Position numbers and translations under genes: made by a program. The notes under the pieces were generated by a model, which did no database searches, was not told where the DNA came from, and saw nothing but the letters and a program-made list of their open reading frames with translations. DNA of 64,000 nucleotides from Cyanobacteria bacterium auto_48_18 (GTDB taxonomy: Bacteria > Cyanobacteriota > Vampirovibrionia > Obscuribacterales > Obscuribacteraceae), in the NCBI GenBank assembly GCA_036170915.1, contig JAVHQC010000011.1:96001-160000 (forward strand), read 5' to 3'. Every line of letters begins with the position of its first letter. Within the stretch, counting starts at the first letter, position 1. Below, piece by piece: positions 19,115 through 29,123 of the stretch.

Positions 19115-20308
19115 TTGAAAGCGCAACTTGCATTTAATATTGATTTAGCGTTGCTCAGCCTGCTGCTACTCGGTTTATACACCCCAGTGTGTGGGCTTGA
19201 ACCTCTGGCAATAACGGAAGAACAAGCCACAGTCAAACCAGCGGAAAAATCGGAGATTAGCGCAAAAATGCATCAATTGCAGACAGCTACTAGAAGCCCT
19301 TTTGGTACCACTAAAGACGGAGAAGCTGTTGAGCAAGTGACTTTGCGCAATGCAGATGCTGACATTGAGGCGCGCATTATCACTTACGGTGCCACCCTGA
19401 CAGCTGTGGAAGTACCTGATAAAGCAGGTAAGAAGGCTAATGTAGTACTTGGTTTTGATAATCTCGGCGACTACGAGTCTAAGTCTCCATACTTCGGCGC
19501 CACCGTAGGCCGTTGCGCTAATCGCATTGCTGATGCCAAATTTGTGCTTGACGGCAAGACTTATGTTTTAGACGCCAATAATGGCCCTAATACGCTGCAC
19601 GGCGGTCTTAAGGGATTTGACAAAAGAGTCTGGAAAATCATTGAACTGACAGACGGCGCAGTGACCTTTGCCCTTGAAAGCAAAGATATGGAAGAAGGGT
19701 TCCCCGGCAATCTTAGTGTCACAGTTAAGTATGCCTTGAATGCAAAGCAAGAACTGAAAATCACTTATGCCGCCGAAACTGACAAAGCAACGCCTGTTAA
19801 TCTCACTAATCATGCCTACTTTAATTTGGCCGGAGCCGGTAACGGCAACATTCTTGATCACCGGCTAATCATGCATTGTGAGCGTTATACACCGGTCAAT
19901 GCTACTTTGATTCCTACAGGTGAAATAGCGCCGGTGGCAGGCACAGCGTTTGATTTTACAGATTGGCACAAAATCGGCGAGCGCATAGAAGCGGCCGGTG
20001 GATACGATCACAACTTTGTCATCAACCGCAAAGCTGATGGGTTGGTCAGTGCAGCGGAGGCTCAAGATTCTGCCAGTGGGCGTTCACTCGAGATTTTGAC
20101 CACCGAGCCAGGTGTGCAGTTTTACAGCGGTAATTTTCTAGATGGCACCATATCTGGTACCGGTGGCATTTACAAGAAACACTTTGGTTTTACTTTTGAG
20201 GCCCAGCACTATCCAGATTCAGTGCACCAACCAGAATTTCCCAGTATTATTTTGAGACCAGGCCAGAAATACAGTCAGGTAACTGTTTACAAATTCTCTG
20301 CTAAATAG
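19115..20308 (+). CDS. galM: Aldose 1-epimerase (galactose mutarotase)
   Basis: YFGATVGR.ANRI, LHGG, NLTNHAYFNL, GYDHNF, FEAQHYPDS. Start uncertain (TTG 19115 with a signal-like segment, or ATG 19268). Confidence 0.93.
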   Translation: MKAQLAFNIDLALLSLLLLGLYTPVCGLEPLAITEEQATVKPAEKSEISAKMHQLQTATRSPFGTTKDGEAVEQVTLRNADADIEARIITYGATLTAVEVPDKAGKKANVVLGFDNLGDYESKSPYFGATVGRCANRIADAKFVLDGKTYVLDANNGPNTLHGGLKGFDKRVWKIIELTDGAVTFALESKDMEEGFPGNLSVTVKYALNAKQELKITYAAETDKATPVNLTNHAYFNLAGAGNGNILDHRLIMHCERYTPVNATLIPTGEIAPVAGTAFDFTDWHKIGERIEAAGGYDHNFVINRKADGLVSAAEAQDSASGRSLEILTTEPGVQFYSGNFLDGTISGTGGIYKKHFGFTFEAQHYPDSVHQPEFPSIILRPGQKYSQVTVYKFSAK

Positions 20309-20404
20309 AAGCAAATTACTTTCTAATTGATTTAGTTTCTAGCGGCACTTTTGCATTCTTAGTGCGTCGATTCGTCAGTGAATCGCCACAACTGAGGATA
20401 TTAA

Positions 20405-20608
20405 ATGAAACTGGTCAGACTCAATTTTATGCAAAGTGCTGAAACCATCATAGAGTACGGTTTTAACCCCTTGCAGATTAGCCATGTCAAGCCTAATCTG
20501 GTCAATGCTAACGAAACTGAGATTAAATTGGTCGATGTAGCTCTAGCACTTAAAGTGCAAGGGTCTTATGCTGAAGTGATGGCTCTGGTTGAAGCTGCTT
20601 TAGCTTAA
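20405..20608 (+). CDS. Small protein, weakly FlbD/SwrD-like
   Basis: GAGGA RBS; pattern MKL.RLN..FN...I..V..T.I.L..V..S..EV resembles the FlbD family as recalled. Confidence 0.5.
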   Translation: MKLVRLNFMQSAETIIEYGFNPLQISHVKPNLVNANETEIKLVDVALALKVQGSYAEVMALVEAALA

Positions 20609-20623
20609 GTTGCGGGTACAGAT

Positions 20624-21154
20624 TTGAAAAAGCACTCCCTACTTGTCTTGTTTTGTGCTTTTGCGATCTTGCAATCGGCAGCTGCCGCTTCAGAGTCTTC
20701 TCAGCAGCGTTTGTACGAGGTTGGTGGCCAGTCGCTTGGTAAAGAGATGTGGAAACCCGGTTATGGTCTTTCGGTAGGCACTCTTGGATGCGCCGCCGCT
20801 GTATGCAATGTTTTAAAGAAAGCCGGAATCACTAAAGTCAGTTCACCGGTAGTAACAGTAATGCGCAGGCAACTGTTGAGCAAAGGTTGCCGAGAATTTA
20901 TTGTGCGCAATGGCGAAGGTAAGGCCTTAAATGATCAAATGCTCCTCAAATATTCCCGACCCGGCGACATTCTCATTGCTACCATTGAGCCACCCAACCG
21001 GTTGAACGGTGGGGGCAATGCGCACTGCGGCATTATGGCTCAAGGCCTGCAAATCTACACCAATGATTGGAATAATGGCATCTGGAGTGAGGTCAATGTG
21101 CACCAGATGTTCGACGCTTATCCTTATGTGCGCTTAGTCAGGTTGCCACAATAA
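20624..21154 (+). CDS. Secreted papain-like (NlpC/P60/CHAP-like) protein
   Basis: Signal peptide; LGCAAAV..VLKKAG, PGDILI, AHCGI give a Cys/His dyad pattern. Confidence 0.6.
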   Translation: MKKHSLLVLFCAFAILQSAAAASESSQQRLYEVGGQSLGKEMWKPGYGLSVGTLGCAAAVCNVLKKAGITKVSSPVVTVMRRQLLSKGCREFIVRNGEGKALNDQMLLKYSRPGDILIATIEPPNRLNGGGNAHCGIMAQGLQIYTNDWNNGIWSEVNVHQMFDAYPYVRLVRLPQ

Positions 21155-22104
21155 TGCCGATGAAAACTCGTTTCGCACTGGCTCTCTTTCTTGCGGTGAT
21201 TATCCTGGTGGCGCCGCTGCCGGTGGTGGCGCGGAAGACGCCTGATTTGATGGGTAAAACAGTAGTGATTACCGGTGCTTCTAGTGGCTTCGGTAAAGGT
21301 GTGGCACGAAGATTGGCAGCTGCTGGTGCTAATGTTGTTCTTGCTGCCAGAAGAGCCGATTTGCTTAATTCACTGGCCACTGAATGTGGTGCTCGTGCTC
21401 TGGCAGTTCCGGCTGATGTTACTAGTGAGGCAGCTGTAGAAAACTTGAGTGCTGTTGCCATAAAGCAATTTGGCGGCATCGATGTTTGGATCAACAATGC
21501 TGGTGTAGGAGCCGTAGGACGCTTCACTGACATACCATTGGCAGACCACAATGAAATCGTTGAGACCAATTTAGTCGGCACCATCAATGGCAGTTATTTT
21601 GCCTTGCGTCATTTTAAGCACAAAGGTCGCGGCACACTTATCAACATTGCATCAATTTCGGGAAAAGCGGCAACTGGATTCTATGCCTCGTACAGTGCCG
21701 CTAAATTTGGTGTATGTGGCCTGGGCAGAGCGCTCAGAGCAGAGCTACACGCTGATGGTGTCAAAGACATTCATATCTGTACGGTGATGCCAATGCCGGC
21801 GAATACACCTTTCTGGAAGCATGCTGCCAATTATACTGGTCATGAACTTAAGCCTTACCCGGTGTGTGCTGCAGAAAAAGTCGTCGATGTAATAGTGGCA
21901 CTGGTAGACAAGCCGCAAGACGAAGTTGCCGTTGGTGACACTACTAAAAAAGCTTTTGCTGCCCTTAAATTTGCGCCCACATTTACAGAAAATAAAATGG
22001 CCGAAATCATTCGCAAGCATCAAATGGAAAGAAGTGCGCTTGCTGCGCCTACATCTGGCTCGTTATTCAAACCCATGGATGCCGGCACTGAAGTTTCAGA
22101 GTGA
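21154..22104 (+). CDS. Short-chain dehydrogenase/reductase with N-terminal hydrophobic segment
   Basis: TGASSGFG, NNAG, YSAAK. Confidence 0.92.
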   Translation: MPMKTRFALALFLAVIILVAPLPVVARKTPDLMGKTVVITGASSGFGKGVARRLAAAGANVVLAARRADLLNSLATECGARALAVPADVTSEAAVENLSAVAIKQFGGIDVWINNAGVGAVGRFTDIPLADHNEIVETNLVGTINGSYFALRHFKHKGRGTLINIASISGKAATGFYASYSAAKFGVCGLGRALRAELHADGVKDIHICTVMPMPANTPFWKHAANYTGHELKPYPVCAAEKVVDVIVALVDKPQDEVAVGDTTKKAFAALKFAPTFTENKMAEIIRKHQMERSALAAPTSGSLFKPMDAGTEVSE

Positions 22105-22115
22105 GGACATAAAGA

Positions 22116-22979
22116 TCAAATTTTGCCGGCTCTGCCGACTAGATTGGTGGCTTTAATTCGCTCGCATATTGCTGCAAAATCGTCAGTTGGCCCTGGCCAG
22201 CGTAGTTCGTCGATAGAATCGAACACAGGTACATCAAGTCTCAATGTAGCCAATTGACGAAAGAGCAAGGCATCATCCCATTGGTCAAAAAGGGTCTTAG
22301 ACAATTTTGCCGCGCCTCTTAGAGACGATGGCCATTTAGTTAGCTCATGGGGAATGTCTTCAAAATGTGGAAACTTTGAAAGCACAGCAGCCGCCCCTTT
22401 GGCACCCCAACCAGGCAAGCCGGGATAACCGTCTGCGGTATCACCCACTAGAGCCAAATAGTCAGGAATTGATTGAGGTGCCACACCAAATTTTTCGATC
22501 ACGCCGGCTTCGTCGCGAATAGTGTCACGTCGCCTGTCCATTTGCACCACGCGGGTGCCCACCACTGACTGACTGAGGTCTTTGTCTGGCGTACAAATTA
22601 TCACTCTATCAACGCTTTTGTTCGCTGCAGCTTTTGCAGCAGCTGCCGCCAGGGCATCGTCAGCTTCAAATTCCACCATGGGCCAGACTAGAACTCCAAG
22701 ACCAGTGAGCGCATCTTCTAAAATTGGAAACTGCGACATCAACTCTGGTGGTACACCAGCACTGGTTTTGTATCCGGCATAGAGGTCGTTGCGAAAAGAC
22801 TCAACTACATGATCAGTAGCAACGCCAATGTGAGTGACGCCTTTTTCGAGCATCGGCAAAAGCGAATTAAGTACTCCGCGCACGGCGCCAATTTCTTCAC
22901 CGGCAGAATTGCTGGCTTCAGGCACGGCAAAATAATGACGGAAAAGTTCGTAAGTGCCGTCAATTAAATAGACTTCCAA
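22116..22979 (-). CDS. Stand-alone 5'-3' exonuclease / flap endonuclease
   Basis: LIDG, FRNDLYAGYK, EADD, DKDL, H3TH LVGDTADGYPGLPGWGAK. Confidence 0.9.
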   Translation of the reverse strand: MEVYLIDGTYELFRHYFAVPEASNSAGEEIGAVRGVLNSLLPMLEKGVTHIGVATDHVVESFRNDLYAGYKTSAGVPPELMSQFPILEDALTGLGVLVWPMVEFEADDALAAAAAKAAANKSVDRVIICTPDKDLSQSVVGTRVVQMDRRRDTIRDEAGVIEKFGVAPQSIPDYLALVGDTADGYPGLPGWGAKGAAAVLSKFPHFEDIPHELTKWPSSLRGAAKLSKTLFDQWDDALLFRQLATLRLDVPVFDSIDELRWPGPTDDFAAICERIKATNLVGRAGKI

Positions 22980-23072
22980 AGTAAATCTCTCAGCGCGGCA
23001 GATCAGAATAGTAAAGTTCAGAATAGTTGTGGCAATAATGGCTGAATCAGTTAGCTAAGCTTAATTAAGCTC

Positions 23073-23528
23073 TTAACGACGCCAGAGCTGCCACCAGTGG
23101 CGTTTTTTCGACTTTTCCGCAGCTGCTTCCATAGTAGATTCGTCTGTTAATTCAACAGGCACGTTAGAAAGTTGCTGAAAATTGACCACAGTGTCGGCCC
23201 GCCTCGAGCTGACATTGTCGGCAGTTATTTCAAGATGATAGCGACCAGGCATGAGCTGAAACCGCGGAGTATGAAATGTAGTCTCATGCCCTTTCACATC
23301 GAAAGCTTTGACCGTCAAGTTGTGAAATGGTTTGTCGGTGGCGATATTGACGTCGCCTACATAATAAGTGCCTGCTGCCCAAACCACACCACTACCGAGC
23401 AAACCGAGCACTGGTATAGAAGTTGCCATCAGCGCCAATGTGTCTTTGGCAGTGGCAATTTTGTTGGCCCTGCTTGGCGTAACTACAGCAGGGGACAGCG
23501 TCTCTGTGGATTGTTTAACAGCGTTCAT
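23073..23528 (-). CDS. Membrane-anchored hypothetical protein
   Basis: One TM, a beta-rich domain and a C-terminal KKRHWWQLWRR tail; GGAG RBS before ATG 23528. Confidence 0.7.
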   Translation of the reverse strand: MNAVKQSTETLSPAVVTPSRANKIATAKDTLALMATSIPVLGLLGSGVVWAAGTYYVGDVNIATDKPFHNLTVKAFDVKGHETTFHTPRFQLMPGRYHLEITADNVSSRRADTVVNFQQLSNVPVELTDESTMEAAAEKSKKRHWWQLWRR

Positions 23529-23695
23529 TTTCCACTCCAAAGTGGACTAGGATGTAAGTAGTTTACTGCTGGCTGGTCGGCTCAGCCTTAGATAAGACTT
23601 ATTCAGCCGTAACACTTATCTAAAAGTTACTAGTTTGCTATCTTTGGTTGAGCGTTTGCAGTGACACCGTGCGTAATACCATAGCTATTTTTGCA

Positions 23696-24379
23696 TTAGT
23701 GATACTGTTGAATTTGTGATGTGAAACCTTCGAGGCTTGATGAAGGACCCCCGTTGTATAGTACGTTGCCTGAGCCGTCTAAGAAAACCACTCTCGGAAT
23801 ACCGGTAACCGAATACTTTGCTGACAGTTCACCATTAGAACTGTTGTCTACATCTACTTTCTCAAAAGATACATCGGAAAATTTAGACTTGGTTGCGTCA
23901 AACACGGGCGCAAATTTTCTACATGGTGCTCACCGCTCCGCCCAGAATTCAATCACTTTCTTCACTTTGCCCATAGCAAGTTTCTGACCACCACCCGACG
24001 CTGCTGGCGCAACTGCCGCTTGCGAGCTACTGCTTGAAGATGAGTTACCTCCTGAACCGGTCAAGCGCGCTGATGAAAGTTGAGCTAAGCCGGTGGCGGC
24101 TTTAGCAGACAGATTGGCATCTCTGCTGTCTACGACCCATTTGTATTCTAGTTTTGCCTGGTCTATGCGACCAAGGGCCTGTTGGCAGAGCGCGACATAA
24201 TAGTGCACCAGAGCATTATTGGGATAACTGACCTTGAAAGCTTGAAACTCACTCAAAGCGAGGGCATATTTGCCGTTGGCATAGTCAGCCATAGCCTGCT
24301 GGAACGACGGCGCTGCCTGCACTACCGAACTTATTGAGATTGTGCAAGCTAATAGCAAACCTACTGGTAAAAATCGCAT
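23696..24379 (-). CDS. Secreted TPR + thioredoxin-fold protein with in-frame UGA (candidate UxxC selenoprotein)
   Basis: ORFs 23930-24397 and 23696-23905 share one frame. Reading through TGA 23932-23930 gives KVIEFWAER-U-APCRKFAPVFD..FEKVDVD..YSVTGIPRVVFLD, a complete thioredoxin domain. Confidence 0.75.
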
Positions 24380-24504
24380 AAAACCTCCGACATCCACAAT
24401 CGCTAGTTTCTTATACCCTCATAGCAGCCTCAGTCGATGCACTGTCTACCTGGTGTGATAGTCTTTTGCACATTAACACTCCGTTGGCTTTACAGGGATT
24501 ATTG

Positions 24505-26574
24505 ATGAAAAGAGCTGCTGCCTTCATTCTCTCACTTGTGTCTTGCGCCAATGTTAGCGCTGTTTCTGCTCTGACTGCAAAGGCGGCCAGCACAGCAAGC
24601 GAGAAAGAGCCAATTATCCCCCGATTTTCAGCCGCATACATGGACAAATCGGTTAAACCTGCTGACGATTTTTATCTTTTTGCCAACGGCAATTGGGTCA
24701 AAAATAACCCGGTACCGGCTGATAAAGCCCGCTGGGGTAGCTTTAGCGAACTGGCTGAACGCAATAACTATTTGATTCACGGCCTGCTTGAGAGTGCCAG
24801 TGCCGATGTTGCCAAAAACCAACCCGGAACCCCTCGAAGACAGGTAGGTGACTTTTTTAAAGCCGGTATGAACACTGCTGTATTGGAAAAACGCCGTTTC
24901 GCACCAATTCAAAAAGATCTTGATCGTATTGCTGCTCTCACATCTTACGACCAGATGTTTCGGTTGCTGGCAGATTTTCACAAAGAAGGCGGCGGCGGTG
25001 TTTTCTATAGCACCGTAGATCCTGACGCCAAAGATAGCGGTATTTACGCCTTTCAATTAATGCAAGGTGGGCTCAGCTTGCCTGATCGTGATTATTATTT
25101 GCAAGACAGTTTTTCAGTTCAGCGCAAAGCTTATATCGAGCATCTAAAAAAAATGTTTGAGTTGGCCGGTGACAGTTCAGAGCAAGCGGCAAAGAATGCT
25201 GACACCGTCTTCAATCTAGAGAAGGAACTGGCCCAAGCCAGTCGCTCAAGAGTCGATTTGCGTGACCCAATTAAAAATTACAACAAAGTCAAAACCGCAG
25301 AACTAATCGAAGTCAATTCAGTTCTTCCCTGGCAAGTTTACCTCGACGAGCGTGGTCTCAAAGATATTCCGTATGCGGTGGTGGGCCAACCTGACTTTTT
25401 TGCTGCTCTTGATAAAACGCTTAAGTCTCATCCATTAGATCAATGGAAGACATATTTGCGCTGGCATTTATTGCATGAGGCGGCACCATATTTACATGAT
25501 GCAGTAGAAACTGAGAACTTTAATTTCTTTGGCAAAACCCTAAGTGGCCAGGAAGTGCAAGAACCGCGCTGGAAGCGTGTTGCCAAAGTCATCGATCGTT
25601 CAGTTGGCGAGGCCTTAGGCCAGCTTTATGTAGAAAAATATTTCACTGCTGCTGCCCGCAAAACCATGGCCGAATTGGTCACTAACTTGCGCGAAGTATT
25701 TACCGACCATTTGCAAAAGCTAGATTGGATGAGCGATGTTACGCGCAAAAAAGCCATGGCCAAATTTGAAAAATTTGTGCAGAAAATTGGTCACCCTGAT
25801 AAGTTTCGCGACTACTCCAAAATCACCATTGAAGCTGACGACTATCTGGGAAATGCCCAGAGAGCAGATGCTTTTGAGGTAGCCAGGCAAGTTGCTCGCA
25901 TTGGCAAACCGGTAGACAAAAGCGAATGGGGTATGACTCCACCCACGGTGAATGCATATTTCAATCCGACCATGAATGAAATTGTATTTCCAGCCGGCAT
26001 TTTGCAGCCGCCATTTTTCGATGTTGATATGGATGATGCCGTAAATTATGGTGGCATTGGTGCCGTCATTGGTCATGAAATTACGCATGGTTATGATGAT
26101 GAGGGCAGGCATTATGATGCTGACGGTAATTTGAATGAGTGGTGGACTGAAGCCGATACGAAAGAATTTGATAGCCGTGCTCAGAAAGTTGTAGACGAAT
26201 ACAACTCATTTGAAGCCTTGCCTGGTTTGCATGTGAATGGCAAGCTGACTTTAGGCGAAAATATCGCCGACCTGGGTGGTGTCAGTATTGGCTACGACGC
26301 TCTGCAAAGAGCAATGAAGAAAGACCCGTCTAAACGCAAGAATATTGATGGCTTTACGCCTGAGCAGCGTTTCTTTCTTTCTTTTGCACAACTCTGGCGC
26401 ATGAATATTCGCGAAGCTGAGCAGCGTCGCTTAATCACTGTAGATCCTCACTCACCAGGCAAATTCCGCTCGGTGGGGCCGCTCATGAACTTCCAAGAAT
26501 TTTATGACGCTTTTGATATTAAGTCGGGTGCCAAAATGTGGCGTGAACCTGAGAAGCGCGCCAAAATCTGGTAG
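24505..26574 (+). CDS. M13 family metallopeptidase (neprilysin/PepO-like)
   Basis: VNAYF, HEITH, GENIAD, DPHSP; signal peptide from ATG 24505. Confidence 0.95.
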   Translation: MKRAAAFILSLVSCANVSAVSALTAKAASTASEKEPIIPRFSAAYMDKSVKPADDFYLFANGNWVKNNPVPADKARWGSFSELAERNNYLIHGLLESASADVAKNQPGTPRRQVGDFFKAGMNTAVLEKRRFAPIQKDLDRIAALTSYDQMFRLLADFHKEGGGGVFYSTVDPDAKDSGIYAFQLMQGGLSLPDRDYYLQDSFSVQRKAYIEHLKKMFELAGDSSEQAAKNADTVFNLEKELAQASRSRVDLRDPIKNYNKVKTAELIEVNSVLPWQVYLDERGLKDIPYAVVGQPDFFAALDKTLKSHPLDQWKTYLRWHLLHEAAPYLHDAVETENFNFFGKTLSGQEVQEPRWKRVAKVIDRSVGEALGQLYVEKYFTAAARKTMAELVTNLREVFTDHLQKLDWMSDVTRKKAMAKFEKFVQKIGHPDKFRDYSKITIEADDYLGNAQRADAFEVARQVARIGKPVDKSEWGMTPPTVNAYFNPTMNEIVFPAGILQPPFFDVDMDDAVNYGGIGAVIGHEITHGYDDEGRHYDADGNLNEWWTEADTKEFDSRAQKVVDEYNSFEALPGLHVNGKLTLGENIADLGGVSIGYDALQRAMKKDPSKRKNIDGFTPEQRFFLSFAQLWRMNIREAEQRRLITVDPHSPGKFRSVGPLMNFQEFYDAFDIKSGAKMWREPEKRAKIW

Positions 26575-26624
26575 GTCATTTGTCAACAGCAATTGAATAT
26601 GGGTGCACAAAAACAGGCTGCAAC

Positions 26625-26653
26625 AAAACAGGGTGACTGTTGAGCCACCCTGT
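26625..26653 (-). terminator. Probable intrinsic terminator for the ferredoxin gene
   Basis: ACAGGGTG/CACCCTGT stem preceded by an A-run on the + strand. Confidence 0.45.
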
Positions 26654-26679
26654 AAAGCATTTCTGGTAAGCGCCGCTTT

Positions 26680-26700
26680 CAGTGGAAACCACTGTTTTTT
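26680..26700 (+). terminator. Probable intrinsic terminator for the M13 gene
   Basis: CAGTGG-AAA-CCACTG followed by T6. Confidence 0.55.
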
Positions 26701-26711
26701 AGGCGTTTTGA

Positions 26712-26936
26712 CTACGGTTTTTGCAGTTCAGGCTGCCAGTCATCAAGAATCGCACCTTCTACAGGGCAAGCTGATAAGCAAGCGCCGCAGTCGATACAGG
26801 TGCTGTCATCGATGTATGGATACTTAGTGCCTTTGGCGTTTGTCTTGCCGTCAGCCCAGTGAATGCATTCGACGGGACATACTGGGACGCAGTCGCCTAC
26901 GCCTTCACAGATATCACTTACGATGGTATAGGACAT
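26712..26936 (-). CDS. Dicluster-type 4Fe-4S ferredoxin
   Basis: CEGVGDCVPVCP and CIDCGACLSACP; AGGAG RBS. Confidence 0.92.
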   Translation of the reverse strand: MSYTIVSDICEGVGDCVPVCPVECIHWADGKTNAKGTKYPYIDDSTCIDCGACLSACPVEGAILDDWQPELQKP

Positions 26937-27596
26937 TATTCGCTCTCCTTGTTGTGGCTATCAGAGATAAGTTTTCGCTGAAGCCTCATACTTTCTCTTC
27001 CCAATTATGACTCATGCTAATACGACTGGTGCCCAAATGTAATTGGTAAAAAAAAGTTTGGACATATAATCGATTTCTCAGTTCTCAAATTTGATTTTCG
27101 CACAAATCGGAGCCAATACAAGCTCCTCGAAGACAGTGACATAGTTGATGTTGAGGCAACTTGAAATTGGATGGCCATTGTTATTGCTAGCCAGTGTCAA
27201 AATTGCTAAGACCGTCAAGAAGCATGGGAATGGTTCTCAATAAGGGTATGGTTTATTACTCTCGAAAGCTCAATCGTGATTATCCGCAAGTTCCGAATGG
27301 CAGTCTGTGCTGTAGTTTGCGGCGATTGCATTCGGTCTACCTTGCGATGACAATTGAATTGCATCGACGGCATCTGCGAATAGCTGCCAATAGTTTCAAA
27401 TTTTTCAGTACTTTGTCATGCACATGATCTTTTAGCTAATAATCACTGTGCAATGAAGACCGCTGCTGTGTGGGCTTATGGGTGAATTTGTCAGAGTCAC
27501 TTTTTTTGTGATCGCGAAAGTTTGCAAAAACTGTCAAAAAAATAAATGCAAATTGTGGTGGAGAAGCAGTCAAAATCTGCGTATTTGATCACAATT

Positions 27597-29111
27597 TTAT
27601 TTTTGACTGACCTTAATATTCACTGCTTGCGTTGCAAACAAAGAACCAATGACAAGGGTGACAATGCTGCCCAGCATGATGCGCCACGGAAATGCTACTT
27701 GCGGCAGGCATGCCACCACCAGAGCACCAGCAACCATGGCCAGGCAGTTGCCGTTGTCATTGCCGCGTTTGGTCAGCAAACCTAAGAGAAAGACTCCCAG
27801 AAGTGAGCCGTATGTATATCCAAAAATGGTTAGTACGATGGGAATGATTCGAGAGTCGGGATGCTCGATGACAAAATAGGCGGTGCCACCGGCCACAACG
27901 ATCATCAAAAATGCAAAGACAAAAGTCAACTTGCGCGCTTCAGTTACGGTTTGCTGTTTCGAAAAATCTCTGGTCGCACTGGTTGCCAGTGCATTGAGAG
28001 CCGCACTGAGCGAGCCCATTGCAGTGGCAAAAATTCCAGCAACGAGCAAACCCCGAAGGCCAACCGGCATTTTTGTAAGAATAAAGTAGGCAAAAATCTC
28101 ACTGTTCTTTTGCGGCAGGCCGGCGTCAGGTTGTTGCAGATAGAAGAGGTGAATCAAAATGCCGATGGTGAGAAAAATAAAGCCGATGGGTAAGTCGGCC
28201 AGGCCTGAAAGCACCAGCGACAGTCTGCTCTTCTTATAATCAGAGGCGGTAAGCATGCGCTGCACCATGTCTTGATCGGTGCCGTGGGTGGCCAGAGTGG
28301 TGAAGGTCGACCCAATGAGCGCCGCCCAGATTGTATATTCTGAGCCCAGTACTGCTTTTATATTTTGCCAGAGTGAGGCATTATCAGTGGTGCCACTGAT
28401 AAAAATTGGCATGTCAGTGTGGCCGTAGAATTGCTGCACTGAGGCGAATCCCTCAGGCATAATGAACACGAGCACTGCTATGGCACCAAGGGCGCCACCG
28501 AGCATTACGGTTGCTTGAATGCAGTCTGTCCAGACCACTGCTTTGATGCCACCACTTGATGTATAAACGGCGGTAATTATGGTAATCACTACAATGGCTG
28601 CAAGATACACCGTTAGTTGCTCACCAGCGCTCAGTTGCGCGCCGCTTATGAGGGCAAAGCCCACGGCTAAAATTATGGCTGAAACATAAAGCCGTGCACC
28701 TGAAGCAAGCACACGAGTAATGAGAAAAACAGCCGACGCCAACAGCCTGGTTTTTCTACCAAAGCGTACTTCGAGATATTCATATATAGAGAATACGTTG
28801 TGATCGAAAAAGGGCTTGATAAAGACGAAAGCAACGATGACGCGCCCAATAACAGTGCCGATTAAAATTTGCAAGTAAGTGTAATTGACAAGTTTAAAGC
28901 CCTCGCCGGGCGTGCCGAGAAATGTGGCAGCGCTGGTCTCTGCTGCAATAATCGAGGCCAGTACAGCAGGCCAGGGCATTGATCGCCCACCCAGGGAAAA
29001 ATCAGAAAGATTGTCTTCTTTGCGGCCAAATTTGAGGCCGACAACAATAATCAGGACAAAATACAAGAATACGATGGCAAGGTCTAAAGCAAAAAATGCA
29101 TCGAGCCTCAT
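27597..29111 (-). CDS. Sodium:solute symporter (SSS family)
   Basis: AETSAATFLG.PG, SIYEYLE.RFG, GGIKAVVWTD, DQDMVQR; many TMs. Confidence 0.92.
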   Translation of the reverse strand: MRLDAFFALDLAIVFLYFVLIIVVGLKFGRKEDNLSDFSLGGRSMPWPAVLASIIAAETSAATFLGTPGEGFKLVNYTYLQILIGTVIGRVIVAFVFIKPFFDHNVFSIYEYLEVRFGRKTRLLASAVFLITRVLASGARLYVSAIILAVGFALISGAQLSAGEQLTVYLAAIVVITIITAVYTSSGGIKAVVWTDCIQATVMLGGALGAIAVLVFIMPEGFASVQQFYGHTDMPIFISGTTDNASLWQNIKAVLGSEYTIWAALIGSTFTTLATHGTDQDMVQRMLTASDYKKSRLSLVLSGLADLPIGFIFLTIGILIHLFYLQQPDAGLPQKNSEIFAYFILTKMPVGLRGLLVAGIFATAMGSLSAALNALATSATRDFSKQQTVTEARKLTFVFAFLMIVVAGGTAYFVIEHPDSRIIPIVLTIFGYTYGSLLGVFLLGLLTKRGNDNGNCLAMVAGALVVACLPQVAFPWRIMLGSIVTLVIGSLFATQAVNIKVSQK

Positions 29112-29123
29112 GGTCACTTCTAC

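Noticed and set aside
23058..23071. Perfect palindrome AGCTTAATTAAGCT
   Set aside because: Single AT-rich occurrence directly after a stop codon, with no second copy seen.
27194..27427. 77-aa ORF in the long intergenic gap
   Set aside because: No RBS, no motif and atypical composition.
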